Shown in pieces: positions 10,065-20,132 of a DNA stretch of 64,000 bases. The DNA lies in assembly GCA_965219095.1 (NCBI GenBank), contig CBDCMT010000001.1:992001-1056000 (forward strand). The letters run 5' to 3'. Both the position numbers and the translations under genes were made by a program. The notes beneath the pieces are model-generated. The model searched no databases. It was not told the DNA's origin and saw only the letters and a program-made list of their open reading frames with translations. Position 1 is the first letter of the stretch, and the number at the start of each line of letters is the position of its first letter. Source of the DNA: Bdellovibrionales bacterium. Lineage in GTDB: Bacteria > Bdellovibrionota > Bdellovibrionia > Bdellovibrionales > UBA1609.

Positions 10065-10982
10065 AGGCTTAACTCTTTTTTGAAGGGCCTTTTTATGAGG
10101 TTTTTTGTACTTGTGTTTTAATTTATAGTGGTATCTACAGTTTTTGGAGCAAGTCTGAAGGCTTTGGTCATCTTTTTCAAGACAGCGTGAACATACGAAC
10201 TCTAAGTTTTTACATTGTTTGCACTGAATTTTAGATGACCCAGGATCTCCACAGTGAACACAAAGGTAATAAGTGGAAGAAGGTTCGAGTTTTTGATCCA
10301 CAGAAGCTCTATGATCAAAAACAAAGCACTCTCCCTCAAAGTTTTTATAAGGAAACTTTTGAAGATAAGCTAAAATTCCCCCTTCTAATTGGTAAACATG
10401 TTGAAAGCCTTTATTTTTCATTTCTAGAAGAGCTTTTTCACACCGCACTCCCCCTGTACAATAAATCAATGTCTTTTTATCTCTTTTTATATTTGTTTTC
10501 TGAATCCAATGAGAAAAATTTTGAAAGCTCTCCAACTTAGGATCAACAGCTCCTTTAAACCGACCTAACTTTGTTTCATAGTGATTTCTTATGTCAATGA
10601 TCGTTACATTTTCTGTTTCTATGACCTTCTGCCATTGGCTAGAACTTAAATGGTTACGTTTATGTTGAGGAACTAAAGAGGGGTTAAAAGCTATAAGCTC
10701 TTTTCTTAAAGCCACTTTTAAACGGGAGAAAGGGTTAAAATGACAAGTATTGTCTTTAAAAGAATTTTTTGTAGGACATAGATTTTCAAGGTAGTTTTTT
10801 ACAACCTCAACCCCTAGGTGAGGGCCTGAAAAAGAACAGTTCATACCTTCAGGACTTAAAATGAAAAGACCTTTTAGCCTCTCATTTAAAGCTTTTTGGT
10901 ACAGTTTATCCCTAAAGTCTTTAGATGTGATATGAGTGGCTTTAAAAAAAGTGTAAAAGGAAGAAACTATAAAACTTTCCAT
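10056..10982 (-). CDS. trhO: Rhodanese-domain tRNA uridine(34) hydroxylase (UPF0176/TrhO family)
   Basis: IDIRNHYETKLGRF, YCTGGVRCEKA and GECFVFDHR motifs with a C-terminal Cys cluster. An alternative upstream start lies at 11000. Confidence 0.88.
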   Translation of the reverse strand: MESFIVSSFYTFFKATHITSKDFRDKLYQKALNERLKGLFILSPEGMNCSFSGPHLGVEVVKNYLENLCPTKNSFKDNTCHFNPFSRLKVALRKELIAFNPSLVPQHKRNHLSSSQWQKVIETENVTIIDIRNHYETKLGRFKGAVDPKLESFQNFSHWIQKTNIKRDKKTLIYCTGGVRCEKALLEMKNKGFQHVYQLEGGILAYLQKFPYKNFEGECFVFDHRASVDQKLEPSSTYYLCVHCGDPGSSKIQCKQCKNLEFVCSRCLEKDDQSLQTCSKNCRYHYKLKHKYKKPHKKALQKRVKPLF

Positions 10983-11049
10983 AACCTTGCTATAGCACAA
11001 GAGAAGTTATCTATTGTCAAGAAATAAAAAGATGTGTTAGCTTAAGTCC

Positions 11050-11988
11050 ATGTCTTTACTACTTAAAAATTCATCACATCCCTTAGAAGTAACCAAAATG
11101 ACAAAAAAGTTTAGATCTTTTACAGCTGTGAACAAAATTTCCTTTGAAGTTGAAAGAGGGAAGATTTTTGGTCTTTTAGGACCCAATGGAGCTGGCAAAA
11201 CGACAGCCCTTTCTATATTTGTAGGCCTTCATCATCCTACCTCTGGCTCCGTTCTTATTTTTGGCCACAATCCTTTCAAAGAGCCTTTGAAGACGAAACC
11301 ACTTTTAGGCTTTGTTCCTCAGGAACTCATCAATTATCCCTTTTTTAACGTAGAAGAAATCCTTAAGTTCTGCTCAGGCTATTATGGTATTTTGAGAAAC
11401 CGTAAAAGAAGAGAGTACCTTCTTAAAAGACTCGGTTTATGGGAACATAGAAAAAAACATGTTAAAAATTTAAGCGGTGGAATGAAAAGACGGCTTTTAA
11501 TTGCTAAGTCTCTCCTTCACTCTCCACAGCTTCTTTTTCTCGATGAGCCTACAGCAGGTGTGGACGTTGAATTAAGGGATAATCTTTGGGAATTTGTAGG
11601 AGAACTGAAAAAAGAAAATGTTTCTGTTCTACTCACAACTCATTACTTAGAGGAGGCAGAAAAGCTTTGTGATGAAGTAGCTGTTATGAATGAAGGCTGT
11701 CTGAAGGAAAAAGATTCTACAAAAAATATCATATCTTCCTTTTCCCATAGGAGAGTAAAAATTTTACTGAAAAAAAATGCTCCTACCCCCTTTAATGAAT
11801 CCCCTTTTTTGCTTTCACAAAAAAAAGAACTCATCATATTAAAGATTCCCTACAATTATAGTTTGGTACAAGTCCTGAAAGAAACAAAAGTTGACTTAAA
11901 TCATATAGAAGAAATTTTTACTCAAGAAGGGAGCCTTGAAGAGGCCTTTAAAAAGATCATAAAAAAGGGTGCTAAGCAAAATGATTAA
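11050..11988 (+). CDS. ABC-2 type transporter ATP-binding protein (YadG-like)
   Basis: GPNGAGKT, LSGGMKRR, LDEPT and TTH motifs. Confidence 0.92.
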   Translation: MSLLLKNSSHPLEVTKMTKKFRSFTAVNKISFEVERGKIFGLLGPNGAGKTTALSIFVGLHHPTSGSVLIFGHNPFKEPLKTKPLLGFVPQELINYPFFNVEEILKFCSGYYGILRNRKRREYLLKRLGLWEHRKKHVKNLSGGMKRRLLIAKSLLHSPQLLFLDEPTAGVDVELRDNLWEFVGELKKENVSVLLTTHYLEEAEKLCDEVAVMNEGCLKEKDSTKNIISSFSHRRVKILLKKNAPTPFNESPFLLSQKKELIILKIPYNYSLVQVLKETKVDLNHIEEIFTQEGSLEEAFKKIIKKGAKQND

Positions 11989-12775
11989 TCGTATGTTGTG
12001 GATGCCCTTTTTATCTCTCTTTCATAGAGAGATTAGAAGAATTTGGAAAGCTGTGACACAAACTGTTTTAGCTCCTGTTTTTAACTCAGCCCTTTATATT
12101 TTTATTTTTGGAATTCTTTTAGGAAAAAATATTAATCTTGCAGAGGGATGGAACTATTTATCTTTTTTAATTCCTGGTGTGATTATGATGGGATGTTTGA
12201 ACCAAGCTTTTGCTAATACAACAAGTTCTATTATGCAATTAAAATACGCAGGAGAGCTTCAAGACTTAAAAGTGGCTCCCCTCACAGAATTACAGATTCT
12301 TTTAGCTTTTAGCTTATCTTCTTCTCTAAGAGGTATGGTTGTAGGGCTTAATATTTTTTTTATAGGGCAAGTAATTTCTTTTTTTCAAAATGGAAGTTTT
12401 TTAACTGTGGAGCACCCTTTTTTAGCTCTCCTTTTCGCTTTTATAGGAACTCTTATTTTTGGCAACTTAGGAATTGTAGTGGGCTTTTGGGCAAAAAACT
12501 TAGAACAAATGGCTGCTATTAGTGGCTTTCTAATGCAACCTTTGGTTTATTTAGGAGGTGTGTTTTACTCTCTTGAAAATTTACCTCGATTTTGGAGAGC
12601 TTTATCAGAATTGAATCCTATTGTTTACATTGTGAATGGCCTTCGTTATGCTTTTTTAGATCAATCGGATTTTTCTATAGAGACTTGTTTTAAGTGGAGT
12701 TTTGGTTTAATAGTTTTTTTCTATGTAACAGCTTATTTCTTTGTAAAAAAGAGCTCTTATGTGAGAAGTGTTTAA
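11981..12775 (+). CDS. ABC-2 type transporter permease (YadH-like)
   Basis: Six TM helices, LGGVFY and NPIVYIVNGLR motifs. Overlaps the ATPase stop. Confidence 0.9.
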   Translation: MINRMLWMPFLSLFHREIRRIWKAVTQTVLAPVFNSALYIFIFGILLGKNINLAEGWNYLSFLIPGVIMMGCLNQAFANTTSSIMQLKYAGELQDLKVAPLTELQILLAFSLSSSLRGMVVGLNIFFIGQVISFFQNGSFLTVEHPFLALLFAFIGTLIFGNLGIVVGFWAKNLEQMAAISGFLMQPLVYLGGVFYSLENLPRFWRALSELNPIVYIVNGLRYAFLDQSDFSIETCFKWSFGLIVFFYVTAYFFVKKSSYVRSV

Positions 12776-12900
12776 AAATGATTCCTCTGATTTTTCCATA
12801 AAGTGACTAAAAGGAGATTGTTCATAAAGTCGTTAGGGTTTGAAGAAGGGACTCCCCCTGAGCTAACTTATGGTAACTGTTCACTTAAATTCTAGTGATT

Positions 12901-14358
12901 TTAATGTTTAGAGAGGTATTCAGTAGCTATGTCAACGAAGGATAGATTCTGTTTTTTGGCCGTTCGAGCGACACTCATCATAACCTCTTGGTTATGTGCT
13001 CCCTGTTCTGAGCGATTGCAATAAGAGATTTTTCTCATAAGTACAGCAGGCCTAATTTCCCTCTCTCCATAATTGTTAGTGGGGTCTACTCCAGTCTTAA
13101 TGAAAGTATAAATTTCATCTCGATATTTGACCAAACGTTTACAAAGTCTTTGTAAGTCATGGCTTCTGTATTTTTTTGATACCCATTTTTCTGTATCACA
13201 CATAAGCAGTTTGTATTTTCGATCGATATTCTCTTTACTCTCATATTCATTTTGCAACCTTTTTCCCCTCTTGAAAAAAAGTTTGGCTCTCTTAGAAAAC
13301 TGAGCAATTTCTTTGCTTTTAGGATGTTTTTCTTTTAGCCCATGAAGCTCCCTTAAAAGATGGGGCCAACATTTTTGCTTTTGACAGTCAATCTTGTTAT
13401 AGGCAGCATAAAAATCTGAAACTAAAACTCCACGAAAAACTTCTCCAAGAACATTTTTAACTACATCTTGCGAACGAGTTTGATCAATCTTATAAAATGA
13501 CACATCATCATTTGAAAAACTCCAGAGCCAATGACTGTTCCCATTCACTCTCCATCCTGTCTCATCAGCATGCAAATGCCCCTGCTCCGATAACACGGAC
13601 TTGATATCCTCGTAAGCCCCCTCAAACTTCCTTGCCGTACGACTTATAATCTCTGACAAAACACCACGACTGATTTCCATACCATATTGATCAGACAAAA
13701 GATTTGTTATTTTACCAAAACTTAAACCCAACTCATATTTCCAATAACACACTTGAGCATGAAACTTAGGACCATAAAGACTCGCTCCCAACTTATCACT
13801 GACAGAAACCTCCTTGTTACAACAACTGCACCAACTCCAGCCTAAAATGTGTTTCGTGGTGATGACTTGACTTACAGGTGGTAAATCCACCTGATAGTGA
13901 ACATGCCACTTATGAGAGGGAGGAAGATCAGAGTCACATTTACTACAAACCAGTGAAGTCCAAGTGGTCTCCTGATCCGCTTCCTCAGGCCTTTTTCTTC
14001 GATGAACTTTATGACCCTTTTTAGGACCCTTCTTTTTTCCTTTTTTAAGGCTTCCATCTGGATTTTTATTCTTGTTCTTTTTAGCCCACTTAGGAGGCTT
14101 GCGTATTGATTGAAGCTCCTCTTTTAGTTTCTTATTTTCTTTTTTAAAATGTTCATTATCTTTTTTTAAACGCTTGTTCTCTTCTTCTAAACGCTCACGC
14201 TCTTCTTCTAAATGCTTGTAATCTTCTTCTAAATGCTCATGCTCTTCTTCTAAATGCTTGTAATCTTTTTCTAAACATTTTATTTCTTTTTGTGCTTTCT
14301 TAAGCACTATATAGTCCTTTCCGTTTAAGTTTTTAGAATCTAAAGGAAGAATTATCAT
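12901..14358 (-). CDS. IS66-family transposase with N-terminal heptad repeats
   Basis: Coiled coil, CxxC motifs, HADETGW, LVSDFY, CWPHLLRE and TNNYGEREIR. Confidence 0.92.
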   Translation of the reverse strand: MIILPLDSKNLNGKDYIVLKKAQKEIKCLEKDYKHLEEEHEHLEEDYKHLEEERERLEEENKRLKKDNEHFKKENKKLKEELQSIRKPPKWAKKNKNKNPDGSLKKGKKKGPKKGHKVHRRKRPEEADQETTWTSLVCSKCDSDLPPSHKWHVHYQVDLPPVSQVITTKHILGWSWCSCCNKEVSVSDKLGASLYGPKFHAQVCYWKYELGLSFGKITNLLSDQYGMEISRGVLSEIISRTARKFEGAYEDIKSVLSEQGHLHADETGWRVNGNSHWLWSFSNDDVSFYKIDQTRSQDVVKNVLGEVFRGVLVSDFYAAYNKIDCQKQKCWPHLLRELHGLKEKHPKSKEIAQFSKRAKLFFKRGKRLQNEYESKENIDRKYKLLMCDTEKWVSKKYRSHDLQRLCKRLVKYRDEIYTFIKTGVDPTNNYGEREIRPAVLMRKISYCNRSEQGAHNQEVMMSVARTAKKQNLSFVDIATEYLSKH

Positions 14359-14371
14359 ATGAAACTATTTT

Positions 14372-15903
14372 GTAACTGCTCACCTACATTGTTCAGTTAT
14401 CCCTAACTTTAGACCTGTTTTAAGATAAAAGTCTTGCTCTTACAGATTTTCTTTTAAATACTCTTTTCAAATGACAATAAATAAGACCTCCATCAGAAAT
14501 GAGATTGAAAATATAAGAAGTGACTTTGATAAGCTTGCAAAGAAAGGTTCTGTGCCTACTGAGATTTCTGTGGTTTTTGAATCTCTCTTTAAGGTTGTGA
14601 ACATTCTGATTGTTGTGCTTTTAGAAAAACAGGTTCGAAAAAATTCCAGCAACAGCGGTCTTCCTCCTTCGCAAGATTTTAGTCGTCAAGGGAATCGTAA
14701 TAAGAAAGCTAGTGGGAGTCAAAAAAAGGGCTCTAGACTTGATAACAGTAAAGATACAAACAGTGAGGAGACTGTCTCTCCCTCAGAGTGTTCTCAGTGT
14801 GGGATGTGTTTAAAGACAGCAGAGGTAAAAAGCCTTGAGAAGCGTAAAAAGATTGATATTTTTTATGAAATTCAGACCCATACTGTAACTTCTGAAGTTA
14901 AGGATTGTCCCTCATGTGGAGCTAGAAATAAAGGTCAATTCCCTAAAGGTATGAGTGGTCCTCTTCAGTATGGTATAGGCATTAGAGCTTCCATCATCAA
15001 TTTCATTATAGTTCAGATGCTGTCTTTTCAACGTGTTGGGGAACATTACATGGGGCTTATAGGTCGAATGATTTCTCCTGCAGTTATGTTGAGATACATT
15101 GCTGAATTAGGAGAGTTTCTTAAAAGTTGGGAAGAGCAGATGAAAGAAAAGATACTTGAATCAGAGGTCATTCATGTTGATGAGACCTCTATGAGGGTTA
15201 AGGGTAAAAACTACTGGATTCATACTTATAGTTCAGGAGAATTAGTCTTGCAGTTTCTCCACCTTTCAGGTGGAAGGGAAGCCATAAAAGATATTGGTCT
15301 CTTGGATAGATATGCAGGAGTGCTTGTGCATGATTGTTGGAGTCCTTACTTTTGTTATGATAAGATAACTCATGCTTTGTGTGTGGCTCACCTTTTGAGA
15401 GAGCTTAAATTTATAGAAGAAAGCAATGGATTCAAATGGGCTATAAATCTCAAAAAACTTCTTAAAGAGACTGTGGAGTTAGTTCATAAAAAAGAGTCAA
15501 GAGTTCTGACTCAAAAAGAGTACGAAACTCTTCAGAGAAGGTATAGGAGTATTCTTACAAAAGGCTTAAAAGAGCTTCCAGAATTTCCTAAGAAAAATGG
15601 CAAGAAAGGACGAATAAAGCATACACAAGCTCAGAACCTTTGGCTGCGATTTAAAAAGTATGAAGCAGAAATACTGTACTTTGCTAAAAGAAAGAACGTA
15701 GATCCTACTAATAACAGAGCTGAAAGAGATCTAAGAATGACTAAAGTGAAAAAGAAAGTGTCAGGGTGTTTCAGAACAGAAGAAATGGCGAAATATTTTT
15801 GTCGTATTACCAGCTATGTTAAAACAATGAGAAATAGAGGGTATTCTTCTTTAGAAGCCATCTCTATGGCTTTAAATAAAAACTTACGAGAGTGAGCAGT
15901 TAC
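14372..15903 (+). mobile_element. Single-ORF IS66-family element B (intact copy)
   Basis: IRs gtaactgctcac / gtgagcagttac. 8-bp TSD actatttt at 14364-14371 and 15904-15911. Confidence 0.93.
14471..15895 (+). CDS. IS66-family transposase
   Basis: NSSNSGLPPS, HVDET, VHDC, CVAHLLREL and TNNRAERDLR motifs. Confidence 0.93.
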   Translation: MTINKTSIRNEIENIRSDFDKLAKKGSVPTEISVVFESLFKVVNILIVVLLEKQVRKNSSNSGLPPSQDFSRQGNRNKKASGSQKKGSRLDNSKDTNSEETVSPSECSQCGMCLKTAEVKSLEKRKKIDIFYEIQTHTVTSEVKDCPSCGARNKGQFPKGMSGPLQYGIGIRASIINFIIVQMLSFQRVGEHYMGLIGRMISPAVMLRYIAELGEFLKSWEEQMKEKILESEVIHVDETSMRVKGKNYWIHTYSSGELVLQFLHLSGGREAIKDIGLLDRYAGVLVHDCWSPYFCYDKITHALCVAHLLRELKFIEESNGFKWAINLKKLLKETVELVHKKESRVLTQKEYETLQRRYRSILTKGLKELPEFPKKNGKKGRIKHTQAQNLWLRFKKYEAEILYFAKRKNVDPTNNRAERDLRMTKVKKKVSGCFRTEEMAKYFCRITSYVKTMRNRGYSSLEAISMALNKNLRE

Positions 15904-16345
15904 ACTATTTTTTAAAACAAATGACGATTTATCAATACTTTTGAATAAAAACTAGACCCTAACTCAAAAAATCTGAAAATCTAAACGAAAAATATCATAT
16001 AACATTATAGGCATAGGAGCTTTTAGTGAAATTTCAACAATTTACTAGAATTTTTCTGAACAGTTACAACTTATGGTATTATTAATAAATAGGCCTTCTC
16101 CTAAAAAAGTGGACAGTTTTTATGCTCTTAAAGCCCAGAGAGTTAAAATAAACGAATAATAGAAATAGATTTTATAGACAATCAATAAAGAAAGAGTTAG
16201 TGCCAGAAAGACAGTCTTGGTGATCTAGACAGTTCAGTAACCGTATGCAAAAAAAATGTCTTTTTTTGTCAATGACTTACTTTTCTTGCTTGACTGACTG
16301 GTCATCCATATGAGTATGTAGTAAAAAATCTATTGTTTTTTGCTA

Positions 16346-17044
16346 TTAGAGAGACTGAGAGATTCTTTTTTTTGAAAGTATGTAGTAGGTTTTATCAATT
16401 TCACATCCATGAAAAGTTCTACCGTTTTCAAGTGCAGCAAGGGCTGTGGTTCCACTTCCCAAAAAAGGATCCACAACAAGATCTCCTTCATTGCTGTGTT
16501 TTTTCACTAGCTCAGAAAAAAGCTCTAAAGGTTTTTGTGTAGGATGGATTTTTTCTCCTTTATGCCTTGGTATAGGGTATTCATAAACCCCCTTATCATA
16601 ACTTCCATGGAAAGTAGGCAAGCCTTCTTTAACACATGAAATGGCCACTTCTCGACTATTGGAAAGGTAGGTCGATTTCATATTAAGAGGAACAGGATTT
16701 GTTTTTTCCCATATTAAGAGTCTTAGCATTTTGAAACCTGCTTTTATCAAAGCTCTTGATAAATCAGAGATTTTCCACAAATCATACCATAAAATAGCTG
16801 TACCTCCTTTCCGTAAACATTTAAAGGACAACTCAGAAAACCGATCAAGGTTAATAGTTTTATGATCCCAACTTCCAAAATCCATACTGACAGCAAACCT
16901 TTCCACACCCCTTTTAACGCTTTGAAACCCTGTTTTTTTACTAATTGCATAAGGAGGGTCTGTGAGTATTAAATCTACAGAGTCTTCCTCCAGCTCCATC
17001 ATAAAGCCTTGAAAATCACAGTGTTCTATACGATAAAGATTCAT
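16346..17044 (-). CDS. Orphan site-specific DNA methyltransferase (N4/N6, beta-class order)
   Basis: TDPPY precedes HPTQKP and DPFLGSGTT. No adjacent restriction endonuclease. Confidence 0.9.
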   Translation of the reverse strand: MNLYRIEHCDFQGFMMELEEDSVDLILTDPPYAISKKTGFQSVKRGVERFAVSMDFGSWDHKTINLDRFSELSFKCLRKGGTAILWYDLWKISDLSRALIKAGFKMLRLLIWEKTNPVPLNMKSTYLSNSREVAISCVKEGLPTFHGSYDKGVYEYPIPRHKGEKIHPTQKPLELFSELVKKHSNEGDLVVDPFLGSGTTALAALENGRTFHGCEIDKTYYILSKKRISQSL

Positions 17045-17384
17045 AATCAGTATTGCTCCTTAAACTTTTTAACATTAGCTTCGATTCTAACAAAAAAAAA
17101 TCCTAAAAAGCAAAAAAACCTCTAAAACCTTCATGACTAAAAACGTCATAGCCTGTTAAATTTGCAACCCACTGTAATCACTTGATTTTAAAAAATTTTT
17201 GGATGAAATGTCTAAAATTTAGTCACTTAGCAAAAAAAAGAGAAATTCTAAAAAGCTATAAAAAAACAAGAAAAAACAATAACTTAGGAAAAATTCTCAT
17301 TTTGGCACAAAACTTGAATGTTAAAAGAATAAGGAGCTATATAAAGCTCTAAAGAGAGGAAATTTTACAGCGGAAAGATAGTAA

Positions 17385-18581
17385 ATGCGTAAATATAAGT
17401 ATTTGAAACAGTTAAGGCCATTAGGACTATTTTTATGTCTTTATTTCTATACAGCTTGTTCTAATGTTGAGTTTAGTCATCAGTACTCTTATCAAGAAGG
17501 CGAATTCTTTGTAGGTCATGTTGATATCTTATTTGTTGTGGATAATTCGGGCTCTATGTCCTCTGAACATAAACATATAGCTTCTCGATTTAATATGTAT
17601 ATTAAATCTTTAGATGAGTCAGGTTTAGATTATCAAATTGCTATGATCACTACAGATGTTTCAGCTTCCCCTAATAATTCCCAGCATAAAAGCGGAAATG
17701 GCGACGGAGCTTATCAAGATGGTAAATTTCTTGAATTTGAAGAAGGTGTTACTATCCTCACAGAAGATCATTCTAGAAGAGTTGAACTTTTTAGCCGTTT
17801 GATTCAAAGAAAAGAAACTATTAGCTGTGAAATGAATAATTTCGTAAATGATGAGTGTGCTTCTTTTGATGAAAGAGGAATTTATGCTGCTAGTTTAGCT
17901 ATAGAAAGACGAGATAGAAACTTTTTTAGAAAAGGAACTCATTTGGCTATTGTGTTTATTTCTGATGAAGACGAACGATCAACAGGAGGAGAGCCTTCAA
18001 ATCATATCACTCTTCCTGAAGAGTATTTAACTTTAGATTCTAAAGATAAACCTGAACATTTGGTAGAAACTGTAAGCCATTTAAGTACTCAAAAATCTTT
18101 TTCCGTTTACTCCATTGTTGTGAAGCCAGGCGATTCAACTTGTCTGAAAAAACAAAGGGATCAAGGAGAGTTTTTCTCCGGAGAGTATGGTGATTTGTAT
18201 GCTTCTTTAGCAGAACCTTCCATACAGTTAAAAGATCTGGGTCTTATTATGGATGGGTTTTTAGGAAATATCTGTGCTTCCAATTACGGAAGTCAACTAG
18301 ATGTTATGGGACAAAAAGTCTCTGAAGACTCTAAAAAAATTCAACTCTCCTGCAAGCCTTTGGAATCATCTTCGCAAAATCAAACAGATCAAAACAATGA
18401 AAGTGATCAGTCTATTGTAGACTTAACATTTTATTTTGAAACCGATAAAGGGCAACCCTACGATTATAGGGGTACTTATTCTATAGATGGTAGCAATGTG
18501 TTGACTTTTTCTCCAACCCTTCCTCCTGGAATAAAAGTAAGATATGAATATACCTGTCCTTTGAGAAACAATAACAAATAA
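17385..18581 (+). CDS. vWA-domain lipoprotein
   Basis: Lipobox-like YTAC, MIDAS DILFVVDNSGSMS, and FISDEDE. Confidence 0.85.
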   Translation: MRKYKYLKQLRPLGLFLCLYFYTACSNVEFSHQYSYQEGEFFVGHVDILFVVDNSGSMSSEHKHIASRFNMYIKSLDESGLDYQIAMITTDVSASPNNSQHKSGNGDGAYQDGKFLEFEEGVTILTEDHSRRVELFSRLIQRKETISCEMNNFVNDECASFDERGIYAASLAIERRDRNFFRKGTHLAIVFISDEDERSTGGEPSNHITLPEEYLTLDSKDKPEHLVETVSHLSTQKSFSVYSIVVKPGDSTCLKKQRDQGEFFSGEYGDLYASLAEPSIQLKDLGLIMDGFLGNICASNYGSQLDVMGQKVSEDSKKIQLSCKPLESSSQNQTDQNNESDQSIVDLTFYFETDKGQPYDYRGTYSIDGSNVLTFSPTLPPGIKVRYEYTCPLRNNNK

Positions 18582-18606
18582 CTTGAATATTGCTCTTACA
18601 AAGTTT

Positions 18607-18654
18607 GCCTCCTCAAAAGAACCTCCGGGAACCCACAGATTCCCGGGAGGAGCC
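18607..18654. mobile_element. 48-bp ISL3 miniature (right end + left end)
   Basis: gcctcctcaaaagaacctccgggaacccacagattcccgggaggagcc. Termini equal both ISL3 IRs. Confidence 0.85.
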
Positions 18655-19654
18655 TTATAATTTAAGTGACGAGAAGACAATAGAAATGTTCAAAGAGAGT
18701 CCTCAATGGCAGTATTTTTGTGGTCAGCCTTTTTATTCTTATGAAGATCCCTGTGATAGAAGTTCATTGACTAACTGGAGAAAGAGGATGGGGGCTGAGA
18801 AGATAGAAGTTCTCTTAGAGGAAACCATTGATTTAGCTTTGAGAGAGGATTTTGTAAAAAAAAAAGAGTTTGAGAATGTAGTTGTTGATACAACTGTTCA
18901 AGAGAAAGCAATAGCTTTTCCTACAGACAGCCGTCTTTATTACAAAGCTTTAAAGACTTTAGTTCACAGGGCTAAAAAAGAGGGTTTAGTTTTACGTCAA
19001 AGCTATAAAAGAAAGGCCAAGGAGTGTTTGTTTAAGAATGCTCGTTATGCTCATACAAGAAAAATACGTTTAGCAAGAAAACAGCAAAGAAAGCTTCATA
19101 CTTATCTAGGTCGTGTGATAAGAGATGTTACAAGAAAAGGAGGTCCTAAGTTCTTGGAAGAGAATACATCTTTAAAAAGATGTTTATCTTTATGTGTAAG
19201 AATTTATAACCAAAAAAGAGGGGATAAGAACAAGGTGTATAGTGTTCATGCTCCTGAGGTTTATTGCATAGGGAAGGGCAAAGCCCATAAAAAATATGAA
19301 TTTGGCAATAAGGTGAGTGTGGCAACTTCATCAAAAAATTGCTGGGTTTTAGGGGTAAAGTCATTTGAAAAAAATGTATCAGATGTTCACAGTTTAAAGC
19401 CAGCCTTATCTCAAGTTGAATCCTTAACAAAGGTTAAGGCAAAAAATTTGTATGTAGATAAAGGTTATCGTGGCAAAGAGCATCATCCTTCGGGAGTTAA
19501 TGTTCATATTGGGGGAATGAGTAAAACATTAAGTCCCTACAAAAGAAAACTTCACAGAAGAAGAAGTTCAGTTGAGGCAATCATTGGTCATATGAAAATA
19601 GATTCTCGTATGGGAAGGAACTTTTTATTAGGATCACAAGGGGATGCTATTAAT
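18655..19654 (+). pseudogene. IS5-family transposase truncated at both ends
   Basis: VVDTTVQEKAIAFPTD, GKGKAHKKYEFGNK, YVDKGYRG and RRSSVEAIIGHMK motifs. The N-terminus is replaced by the mini-ISL3 and the C-terminus after GDAIN by foreign DNA. Confidence 0.88.
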
Positions 19655-19799
19655 TGTAATAGTCGCAACTTAGTCTCTACCAATCTTTCCAGCAAGACTT
19701 TTTTCAGTAACTTAACTCTTCCTGATAAATTTCTAAAAACAAAGCTTCAAAAATTCGAAAAAACATACCTAACTGCAATTCACTAATGCAACTATCACA
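19655..19799. mobile_element. 145-bp TGT...ACA-ended miniature element (IS481-like ends)
   Basis: Imperfect IRs tgtaatagtcgcaacttagt / actaatgcaactatcaca. Begins exactly where IS5 homology stops. Confidence 0.55.
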
Positions 19800-19852
19800 T
19801 CTAAGAAATATCCTCCTCGTAGGAGTCAAGGGCTGTTAAGAAGCCGACTTAC
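19800..19852 (+). repeat. Solo IS66 right end
   Basis: tctaagaaatatcctcc...gggctgttaagaagccgacttac matches 6160-6211. Confidence 0.8.
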
Positions 19853-20132
19853 CTAAAGAAGATTTAATTTTCTATGGGCTGAAATTTTATATTTTTCTAA
19901 CAGAAATTGGTTTTTTGAGGTGACTTGAAGGAAGCAATCCTAGGGAGTATTAACTGTCAAATATAGCTTAGTAAAATTTATAAAAAGCTTGTAAAAAATA
20001 TAGTAAAAAAGTTAGTTGAACTTTTTTAATTGTCTTACTGTATAAAAAATGATAATAATGATGAAAAAATAATTGCGCTGGGTGTTTCAGTTAGTTTCAG
20101 AGGATAAATACGATTTTAAGGAATACAATTTT

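Larger units (their letters stand above)
12873..16067 (-). mobile_element. Single-ORF IS66-family (ISBst12-like) element A, carrying nested element B
   Basis: IRs gtaactgttca / tgaacagttac. 8-bp TSD aacttatg at 12865-12872 and 16068-16075. Confidence 0.92.

Noticed and set aside
18590..19786. Intact 398-aa IS5 transposase
   Set aside because: The first about 22 and last about 43 codons are read-through from inserted miniature elements. The gene is truncated at both ends.
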